9,015 nt of DNA from the NCBI GenBank assembly GCA_043228905.1, contig JBHGNT010001400.1:1-9015 (forward strand), written 5' to 3'. Positions 1-8,378 of this stretch are shown piece after piece. Every line of letters begins with the position of its first letter. Within the stretch, counting starts at the first letter, position 1. This DNA is from Azolla caroliniana (lineage: Eukaryota > Plantae > Polypodiophyta). Below the pieces are notes generated by a model, which did not search any database, was not told the origin of the DNA, and was given only the letters and a program-made list of their open reading frames with translations. Made by a program: the position numbers and the translations under genes.

Positions 1-119
1 ATCATATCCTTACATTCTCGTTGATGAACAGACAGGGCAGTTTTTAGCAGGAATCGACTATGATGGCAAGGAGACGTATAATAAATCCTTGATTATAATC
101 ATGGACAATGATATCGAAG
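1..119 (+). CDS. GEX2: GEX2-like gene, internal exon (5' truncated by window)
   Basis: Frame 2 is open from the edge (SYPYILVDEQTGQFLAGIDYDGKETYNKSLIIIMDNDIE). Donor G|GTGAAG at 120 is phase 1 and matches the phase of the exon at 601 (G+AT = Asp). A DxD motif precedes the intron, as I recall for plant GEX2. Weak on its own; supported by the downstream exons. Confidence 0.62.
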
Positions 120-339
120 GTGAAGAATGGACATTTGTTGTATTGATGTAAATTAGAATTACATCCTAACAACATGAAAATACGTGATTCAATGCAAGTT
201 TTGTTATTAAATGTATTTCAGTCTGACTCAGCCTTCAAAATCTTGGTAAAATGATCAAATTTTAATAACATTATACGGGAAACTTACTATGTACAGTGAA
301 GACATTTATCACTTTGAGTTGGATAAATCGTATATTTAA

Positions 340-547
340 GTATATTTAAGTCTAACCGTAAAAGATTAAACTTAACCAAAAATATGTTAATATCTCTTAA
401 GAGGGCAAAATGGCCCATGACATGTAAACATCATGCTATTAATAACCATGTTTAGCAATATGTTTAAGTTTAACAAAGGATATATTAACCTCTTAAGAGG
501 ATAAAGTGGCCCCTGACACTTGAAACATATGCTAAACATGGTTATTA
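340..547. repeat. intronic compound repeat: degenerate direct repeat plus ~30-bp inverted repeat
   Basis: ctcttaagagg..aaa.tggccc.tgaca...aaacat.atgcta occurs at about 394-438 and 490-534. Arms 440-469 and 518-547 are reverse complements (18 bp perfect, then two 1-nt gaps). Confidence 0.8.
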
Positions 548-600
548 TACCAGATTTTGGCATGTTATGTCTCTACTCAACTGTACTCTCTTGTGAGCAG

Positions 601-833
601 ATGACGTAACTGGAGTTGAAGTCTTAGTTAAAGTTGGTATTGGTAGCTTGACGATAACATTACCTGAGAACAGCACACAAAATACGGAAGTTATGCAAGA
701 AGAAAGTTATCATTGGAGTCCTCTACCTACTGCAATGATAGAGAATGGATTTTTCAGTGTCGAAGCAAGAAGTATAAAGTTTCGAGCAACCTTGAAAGAA
801 TGTAATGAAGCATTGACAACACTACAATATAAT
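601..833 (+). CDS. GEX2: GEX2-like gene, internal exon (extracellular region)
   Basis: Acceptor ctctcttgtgagCAG| at 600 and donor AAT|GTGAGT at 834. Open frame DVTGVEVLVKVGIGSLTITLPENSTQNTEVMQEESYHWSPLPTAMIENGFFSVEARSIKFRATLKECNEALTTLQYN resembles the recalled GEX2 block (V.V..G.L...LP.....TE......W.PL.........V.A.GI.FRGT...CN.....L.Y). Contains most of ORF 648..845. Confidence 0.85.
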
Positions 834-918
834 GTGAGTTTCTAGCTTGGATATATTGAAGAAAAGAATTAGAAAGTATTCAGAATCATGTAATAATGCT
901 TATATAGCTTCTGTATTT

Positions 919-1333
919 TGTAAATGTAAAGAAGTAGATAATTAATTGTGGGTTAGTTAATATCTAATTTTGTAAATAGTTAACCACGTGTGTGATCAAG
1001 TAGCAGAAGTTAATGTGTATGTATGTGTAGGAGAGGATTTAGGTTTACACTTAATGAACAGTTAATGGGGGAGCAACTTAGAAGTCAACTTAAAAAATGA
1101 CCTGAGCAACAACACTTTGTATTAATTAGCATCAAGTTACAAAAGAGCCCACAGTGCGGTATATATACATCTTGTGTGCAAGAGTGCATACATAGTGAGA
1201 GGGAGTATTCCCTAAGTACAAAATCCCATGTAAGGGTGTGTAGTCAACTTAGAAGTAGTGGGGGTATCTAGAGTAACTCCTATTTAAGACTTCGCTCTAA
1301 CTACTAAGTTACATGACAAACTAAACGTTTACA
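919..1333. mobile_element. possible decayed LTR-like insertion in GEX2 intron
   Basis: TGTAAATGT...ACGTTTACA ends match 8/9 as an inverted pair. TATA-like cctatttaag and tatatata, purine tracts and a repeated caacttagaagt lie inside. No target-site duplication was found. Confidence 0.2.
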
Positions 1334-1370
1334 GATAGTTGACTTGGTTGAGCTTGACTATCTCAACAGT

Positions 1371-1440
1371 AAATAATTCAAGGGCTTCTGTATTCTATAA
1401 ATAATTTAAAAGATTCTGTATTCAGTCAATAATTTAAGCA
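1371..1440. repeat. short minisatellite, ~2.5 x 28 bp
   Basis: aaataattcaagggcttctgtattctat / aaataatttaaaagattctgtattcagt / caataatttaagca. Confidence 0.7.
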
Positions 1441-1473
1441 ATCATGTGATTTCGTGCGGTGAACATTTTGTAG

Positions 1474-1621
1474 GGAATGTTTGATGATGTGTCATTCGCA
1501 ATTACAATTAATGACTTAGGGAATTATGGCATGGACAAGAATTGCTCTAGTAAAAATCCATATCCTCTATCAGTTGAAAAAGACCTTACATTGGTGTTCA
1601 GGGCTCCAAGATTATCACAAA
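1474..1621 (+). CDS. GEX2: GEX2-like gene, internal exon (juxtamembrane)
   Basis: Acceptor ttttgTAG| at 1473 is phase 0, matching donor 834. Donor A|GTGAGT at 1622. Translates GMFDDVSFAITINDLGNYGMDKNCSSKNPYPLSVEKDLTLVFRAPRLSQ, with the GEX2-type D[LM]GNYG...C.....PL.VE motif. Confidence 0.85.
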
Positions 1622-1792
1622 GTGAGTTCTCATTATGGAATATATCGTAAATGTCATGAATTCATTGTGTTATTTGAATGTGTTAGCTCCAAATATGCTC
1701 AGTTATTATAATCACAACATCTTCATTTATGGCCAAGATGAAATAGAAAATTTTGTGATAATATTCTATAATCTCCTATGAAAAATCTGCAG

Positions 1793-1971
1793 GCTACTGG
1801 AAAAAGACTATACTTCGTACAAAAGTAGTGATAATTTTTTCAGGGATCGTGACATTTTCTTTTATGGGAGTGATGATATTCCTGTTATGTTCCTTAACTA
1901 CTCATGGAAAAAAATCCGTGCAAAAAATTAAAGCTTACCTGATAGAGGAGAGTGAGATGGACAGTTCATGT
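1793..1971 (+). CDS. GEX2: GEX2-like gene, exon encoding the transmembrane helix
   Basis: Acceptor tctgCAG| at 1792 is phase 1 (A+GC = Ser). Translates YWKKTILRTKVVIIFSGIVTFSFMGVMIFLLCSLTTHGKKSVQKIKAYLIEESEMDSSC, a ~24-aa hydrophobic run followed by basic residues. Donor TGT|GTGAGT at 1972; if unspliced, the frame stops at 2040. Confidence 0.78.
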
Positions 1972-2072
1972 GTGAGTTCTTGTTCTATGCTATATATTGT
2001 TGTCATCATGGATAGTTTGTGTATGAGTATTAAAAAGTAGTGTTTCTCTAACAGTACTTGATTTTGATGTAG

Positions 2073-2186
2073 GTTTATAATCCCATGTGGATCCCTTCGG
2101 CACCATCTAGTCCCAAGCAAGAATTTTCAATCACTTCTAATCCTCATCATATCCAACTACAGAAACATATATTAAATGAAGGGTGA
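2073..2186 (+). CDS. GEX2: GEX2-like gene, probable cytoplasmic-tail exon
   Basis: Branch-like CTAAC at 2048-2052 and acceptor ttttgatgTAG| at 2072 (phase 0). Open frame VYNPMWIPSAPSSPKQEFSITSNPHHIQLQKHILNEG to TGA 2184-2186. That TGA overlaps a donor GG|GTGAGT at 2183, so the exon may end at 2182. No homology support. Confidence 0.55.
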   Translation, partial: VYNPMWIPSAPSSPKQEFSITSNPHHIQLQKHILNEG

Positions 2187-2656
2187 GTTAGTATTGAACA
2201 TCTTATTTGTCATGCTTTCTTAATCTTGTACAGCATATGATTTAAACCTGTCACGCTCTTGTGAGCAAGATACTAGCATCTTTTTGTGCAAATAATTCAC
2301 ATGATAGAAGTAATTATTTCTTTCTTTATGATCTAAATTTGATTGGAAAGTGGGATATGCATGTCTCTTGTTGGAAGTGCGTGGGAACCGAAAACTCTTT
2401 TTTGATGGACTGCGAAGACTACCAAAGATTTATTGGTTTAAGATAAATAAAAGGGCCAAGTGAAATTTTAGTCCAGGCCAAAAGTCCGAACTATTTCTGG
2501 CATCCTATGGATATAACCTGACCTATTTACTGTGGTAATTACTGATCCACTGGTATTCCACTTTCCTTTAGACTATACAATTGAATGTCCTTGATGGTGC
2601 CATGATCATCAAGGAATAATATTTGGCATCAAGTCAATTTATTATCTATTTTACAG

Positions 2657-2693
2657 CAAACTCGACCAATTAGGCATCAGAACTGAGCTGTAG
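2657..2693 (+). CDS. possible terminal coding exon of the GEX2-like gene
   Basis: Strong acceptor attatctattttaCAG| at 2656. Joined to the phase-2 donor at 2183 it gives GKLDQLGIRTEL-stop (TAG 2691-2693). Splice-signal evidence only. Confidence 0.3.
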
Positions 2694-3361
2694 GTTTTAC
2701 AATGCCATCAATGGAGGGAAAGGATCCAAGTTTCCATTTCTGGCCCAAACTTGCACTTCATTTAGACATTATGAATCATATTTCATCAATGGATTATGAA
2801 TGCTGTTATAGCCTTGATCGTTTGTTGCAGAGTGGCAGAAAATGTCTCCCTACAGCTGGAAAGATTGTTTTGTTAAAATGTTTAAAAGTGTTGATTTTAT
2901 TAATAAAGCACTTTAAAAGTTGGGCTGCAAGACGGTTTTCAAATTTTTGTGCCAAAACCCAATCAGACCAAAAGTTTAAGCTTTGCTTCTGTGCAAAAAC
3001 CATTCTATATTATGTATGAATCTTTAAATTAGCTGAGCCATCAGGAATTATGATCATCCTATTTTACATCCCTTCATTGGTTGATTAGTTCATTGTGTGG
3101 ACATATGATACTTTGTATATTTTTTTCTACTCAAAATCTTTTTCTGTATAGATTATCTCAAGCAAGTGAACAGATGAAGACACTGCTTGCATCTCAAATA
3201 AAAAAGAACTTGACTTCTATCAAGAGCATTAAAGGTTTGTCATTCAAAGCAAGAAACAGAAAGGCCAAGGAATTGCAACCCCCTTTTTTCAAGGATCTTC
3301 AAGAAACATGATTACTGACGAGATATTTTCAAGAGTATCAGGAAATCCCAAATTTGGGATA

Positions 3362-3808
3362 CCATCAAGAGCACCAGATGATCATTGCATAGGCAAAGTA
3401 GGTCAGAAAAAAGGAAGATTAGGTGCAATTTGAAAACTGTCCAACGTGCACATTCCCTCTTCTAACTGCAGAATGAGAGCTCAGTTTCTCAACTTTTACT
3501 TCAGATAAGCAGAAAGATAATATCCATCCGTTGAGACGGCTGGTTGACAAAATCATAAATTGAAATATAAAAGATTGCAGATCCATCAAGAGCACCAGAT
3601 GATCATCGCATAGGCAAAGTAGGTCAGAAAAAAGGAAGATTAGGTGCAATTTGAAAACTGTCCAATGTGCACATTCCCTCTTCTAACTGCAGAATGAGAG
3701 CTCGGTTTCTAAACTTTGACTTCAGATAAGCAGAAAGATAATATCCATCCATTGAGAAGGCTGGTTGGCAAAATCATAAATTGAAATATAAAAGCCTGCA
3801 GATCCATC
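3362..3808. repeat. direct tandem duplication, 2 x 221 bp, ~95% identical
   Basis: Copies start at 3362 and 3583, and CCATC recurs at 3804. A hand alignment gives 10 substitutions and no indels. Confidence 0.97.
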
Positions 3809-4470
3809 TACATACAATGGTGACTTGAATTGCTTCTCAAATTTTTCTTTGGCAGTGTTCAGGTCAAATGGTGATTCGCATACCATTACCATATAATAAC
3901 CAGTCATCCTGGAAAGAGCAGCATTGTAAATGCATCTCTAGATGGCTTTTGTCATATCCAAGTACTTATTCAGAGCAAGATTTGAATTCGTACAGGAGCT
4001 GTTATCCAGAATAAGTGTTCAATCTTGCAACCTGATGAAAACAAAATTGATAATGTCTGATTTGATGTGAAATTTTCATAGTCTTGATTTCATTGGCATT
4101 ATCCTTTCATTTCGCGTAAACAAATTACAGACTTTGCAAAGTAAATTGGTGTCCATGGCACCATCAGATTGGATGCGGACGTTTCAGCAAATTACACTAA
4201 TAGAATTAATGACCAATTTTTTTCAAACTGAACATATATGCACAATTACTACAGAACTTGAAGAAGTTTATGGATTTGATTGATTGAGATGACTGACAAG
4301 TCTCGCTGCTTGTACCATTTCAGGCTATCTATACATGCGCTGTTTAAGCCATTTAGATAAAAGTTTAATATGACCTGCACACTGAAAATAGTTCTAAATT
4401 TCAACACAATTTGCTTTTCACTTACAATCAAATCACCTCACCTCATTTGGCAGTGGTGCTGTGCTTTCTT

Positions 4471-4758
4471 CCAAGCATTGAAGAACTCATGAGTCTGTCT
4501 TTATCATATCAGAGTTTTCTGCTAATTGAGTCTTGTCTACCAATCAAATGAGTTAATATCTTTGACGAAACCCATGTTTCCCTTTTGAGATGGATTGCTG
4601 ATTTGTACCAACAAAAATTGGTCTAGAAAACTTACCAGCATTGAAGAAGACCTCTTGAGTCTGTCTACCAATCAGATGAGTTATATTTTGACAAAATACA
4701 TGGAATTGACTTTTGAGATGTGAATTGCTGATTTGTAGGCAACAGAAGTAGGTCCAGA
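4471..4758. repeat. diverged tandem duplication (~130-165 bp unit)
   Basis: agcattgaagaa..ctc.tgagtctgtct occurs at 4474 and 4637. tgtctaccaatca.atgagtta..tttgac.aaa..catg..cttttgagatg..attgctgatttgta..aaca..ggtc.aga occurs at about 4528-4626 and 4657-4758. Confidence 0.85.
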
Positions 4759-5110
4759 TGTGAATATTGCAATGCTGCCCATGGTTTACCATCTCAAACA
4801 GGTGGACATGTGGTTCATATATTCCCCTGTATTCAATCATCCTTGATGATAGCTCATGTTCGCCCAATCTCACAGTACCCTGTACCCTACCCAATTGTCC
4901 TATCAATGGTAGTGGTACAAAATGCAAGTCACCAATTACCCTGCCAAACCTCCACCAGATGCTGAGATTGCTAGCAATCTGGATCTATGTGATTAATCAA
5001 TGGAAAGAAGTGGCCTTGTTTGATAATACCTCTCCCGTCTCCACCAGAACTGGACTATATAATTTGCTCAGAGAAAATGATGCAGATGATAATTATTTAT
5101 ATTCTGTGCA

Positions 5111-8027
5111 TTATATCCCCAATTCAGGAACCTGGAGACAATAAAGATTGTTATCTCTACACCCTATGAAAATCCTGCCATCTAGCATCACTGGTGAAGA
5201 AAACACATCCCCTGGCAATCTTAAAGCAGCAACATGTTCACAAGCCTTAAATTTCATATCTACATTGATTTCAGTTGAAGGCACAACGATTTTTTGGAAA
5301 TTTGCTTTCTCCACTGCCTTGTGCTCCTCAACAGAGCGAGTCCTTAGACCTCCATAAACTTTCAGTACATGCAATTGTCCCAATGAGCCACAAACAACAA
5401 CTAATCGAAAGCTATGGACAACACAGCCATTGTGTTCTGTTAAAGTTAAGTCAAGGCCCTCATCTACGAAGGCTGCAGATGTGATAGGCTCACCTACATG
5501 ATGTTTCCATAAGCATGTACCACTAGATACATTTAGAGAGTAAACCCAACCATCCCTACAGCAGACTAAAACTTGTGATGGTAGAGCTGACGAGATACAT
5601 GCCCCAGCAAAGATTGGTCCCAACGTCTTATATTGCCACGCAAGCAAACCAGTTGGTGTTAAAGCCACCACAAAACCATTCACCAAAGTACATATGACAT
5701 ATCCAAGATCAGTATCAATAATAGGTGACCCAAATATAGGAGCACCACTTTGATATGTCCAACAGATGTGTGGAGAATTCAGTTCAGATGTTATTGCAAT
5801 AACAGATCCTCCTGTTGTTGCAATATATGCTAACCTTCTACTTGAGTCATGAACTGGAGCTGCAAATATACTTTCCTTGCAGTCATGCTCCCATACACGA
5901 GACTGGTTTACTGCATCGAGTATGTAGACCTTGTGATCGTGAGAGCCGCACCAAATAAGACCTTTCAGAATGTCCATAGTCGGCTGGCACTTTACCTCAG
6001 CGTTGGTTTGGAATTTCCACCTCAGCATCCCATTTTCACAGTCAAAGAAATATAGAAAACCATCATAGCAACCCACCATTACTTGGGTTAAATCCAATGT
6101 AATGCCAGCGGACGACTCTACTCTCCCTCCTAATACACTTTCCCAAATCAAAGAACCACTGCAAGCATCAATGCATACAAAATTATGTGCATGTGAACCA
6201 ATGAACAAGTGACACTTATGCTTTGATACTAGCAGTAGTGGTGATGCATCAATGCAAGCTTTTAGCTGCACAGTCCACACAATAGTTAAACTGGATAAGC
6301 TCCTTGCTAATGAGCATGGTGCTGAATGAACGGGGACTTTACAAACCCTACTCTTCATAACAGTATTATGAGAGATAGCATGTACATTACATCTTAATAA
6401 TACCAAAGGTTCTGTAACCTGTATATATGGCCATCTATGACCAAGATCAATATCAACATCTACATTGCTAGAATTTAGGTGATCTGTAATCTGCATAGGT
6501 GGAATAATTGGTGAGGAAACCATTTTCAAGCGTTTATGCTTTCCTGGGTTGACTGCGGCAGAAAACAAACTACCTTCTTTCTGAGTTTTCAAAACAGATT
6601 CTAGTGCTAATGCAGAACTATAATGGTACAAAACTTGCATGTCTATGCCGAGAATGTAAGCCACATGAGCAGCAGATACAGATGTTCCACCTAGAGAGAA
6701 AAAATTATCATGAACTGAAATATTATCCATCTTCAAAACTCGTTCAAAGACATGTTTAATATGAATAGATATTGGGTTTATTTCTTCAATATTAGGAGAT
6801 TCAGCCAAAGGCATATTCAATGTAATAATTGAATTTGAAAGAGCTTGATAATCCACTTTACCAGAAACCAGCAAAGGCAAAGAACCAAGAAATTGAAAGC
6901 AGTGAGGAATGGCAGCCAATGGCAATCTCTCGCCCAGCCAACTTCTAAGATTTGCTTCTACTTGAGACAATTCACTCTTGATGACCCCAGAATTTTTACA
7001 CTTGCTTGATATGTTTGTCTCTTTATTCGATTCAATAACAATGTGGGCAATCATGTTGCAATCCGAATTAATCCTCTCTTCAAAGGTCACAGCTGCTTGA
7101 GCGACAAGAGGATGCATCTGCAGAGCATTTTCAATTTCTTCGAGTACGACTTTATGTCCATTCATCTTTACAGTCCTGTCTTTCCTCCCTAAATATAGAA
7201 GAATCCCACTCGTAAGCTTCTTTACATAGTCGCCAGTTTTGAAGAATTGCATATTCTTGTATTCAGGACCATCTACACATTCCATAAAGTTTTCCTTTGT
7301 TTTGTAACTGTCCTTGTAATATCCTGATGCAACCAGAATACCACCTACCCACAACTCTCCCTCATTTTGATTGTTTTCATTGGATGATATCTCGAAAAAA
7401 CAACCAGGAATAGGTTTCCCTATTGGCACAGATGGATACGCCCAATCACTCTCTATTGCCCCACACTCAAAAAAGAAACAATCACCAGAAACCTCAGTAC
7501 TTCCATATAAATTGAGAATCAATGTATCAGGTAAAATCGACCTTATTCTTTCAAGAAGCCAATGCATAAGAACTTCACCACTTAGCAAAACAATACGCAA
7601 AGAGTGTTGTTCCCTGTTATTCGATATTCGACTTTGTAGAACAGGAAGAACAGCTCGCATCCAAGATGGCACAGTAGTGAGTCTCGATACTTTATATGCT
7701 TCCAAGAAATGCAGAAGTCCTAAAGGGTTCTTAAATATGTCTTCTGGAGGTGGCACGATGATAAGCGAGCTTCCGAGAAGAGGTCCAAACAATTCTGTTA
7801 AATGGTCAATGAACGCAATTGAAGTTTTGAATATGGCTACATCATTTGGTCCAAATGGATACTCACGTTGCATCCAACAAAGCCGATGCATGAGTCCAAC
7901 TTCAGTCCCACAGACACCCTTGGGTTTTGTGGTTGTTCCAGATGTGTACATGATGTAACAGTGAGTCCGAGTCCAGGATGGTGCACAATGACAGAAACAA
8001 GGGCATACCTCATTGTCAATACGTCTA
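5111..8027 (-). CDS. AAE19: acyl-activating enzyme 19 / AASDH-like NRPS-like protein (A-T-PQQ), last exon
   Basis: The 946-aa ORF frame stays open upstream to 8056. Motifs: A3 YIMYTSGTTTKPKG, A5 NLYGSTE, A6 GELWVGG..VASGYY, A7 FKTGD, A8 GRKDRTVKMNG..V.LEEIE, A10 SGKVD. Carrier motif DNFFSLGGTS, then repeated W...SP/GxxD propeller blades. Stop TAA at 5113-5111. The 5' boundary is inferred from acceptor ttttcctccaatactgCAG ending at 8028. Confidence 0.93.
5129..6286 (-). other. PQQ-like / BamB-type beta-propeller domain
   Basis: About eight ~40-45 aa repeats (WTVQLKACIDASP, WESVLGGRVESSA, WKFQTNAEVKCQP, WEHDCKESIFAAP, WTYQSGAPIFGSP, WQYKTLGPIFAGA, WKHHVGEPITSAA, LRLPGDVFSSP). Confidence 0.88.
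6590..6763 (-). other. phosphopantetheine-binding carrier (T/PCP) domain
   Basis: HIKHVFERVL...DNFFSLGGTSVSAAHVA...LESVL; the attachment Ser codon is at 6682-6680. Confidence 0.88.
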
Positions 8028-8378
8028 CTGCAGTATTGGAGGAAAAATACCTGAGTTTAGTGTGATTTTAGCTTTTGCAACATTCAAAACATACCTTTAA
8101 ATCATGTAACTAAAAGTTTGTGACAACCTTCAAATTTGAAATTGAAGTGACATATATATCTTTAAGTTCTGAAATTGAAGGCATAAATATTCCAAATCTT
8201 AGCTAGTATTATACTGTAAACATAATGGTTAAATTTTTTAATAGCTCCAAATTTTCAACTTGAAGGGATAACACAATGATATCTTCCATCCTTTAGTTCT
8301 AAACTTATGAAAATGCTCCAAATATTGAAAATTTCGCAAATAAATAATCTCAAAATGCTGTAGATAAAGGCTCGCCAC
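8028..8378 (-). other. predicted 351-nt GT-AG intron of the AAE19-like gene
   Basis: AT-rich segment with in-frame stops (8257-8255, 8059-8057) between the A2 and A3 motifs. Good acceptor, weak donor, matching phases. Confidence 0.6.

Noticed and set aside
1526-1711. 61-aa ORF (also ORF 1935..2120 on the minus strand)
   Set aside because: Wrong frame or strand relative to the GEX2-like exons they overlap.
2261-3019. ORFs 2261, 2702 and 2806, and AT palindrome tttattaataaa at 2896-2907
   Set aside because: No similarity recognised; short AT-only palindromes are expected by chance in this composition.
3081-4031. Possible pseudogene (ORFs 3081, 3419, 3722)
   Set aside because: The frames I translated have frequent stops and no family could be recognised. 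A TBLASTX search would settle it.
4553-5144. 124-aa and 125-aa ORFs
   Set aside because: No motifs; they overlap a decayed repeat and the AAE19 3' flank.
7371-7958. 195-aa + strand ORF, and other short ORFs overlapping AAE19 (5148, 5275, 5849, 7837, 7868, 8350, 8382)
   Set aside because: Antisense or off-frame shadows of a well-supported CDS, with no recognisable motifs.
8051-8094. Mini-intron from strong donor 8094 implying an extra exon
   Set aside because: Pairing with acceptor 8028 puts a TAA in frame, and pairing with 8051 gives only 44 nt.
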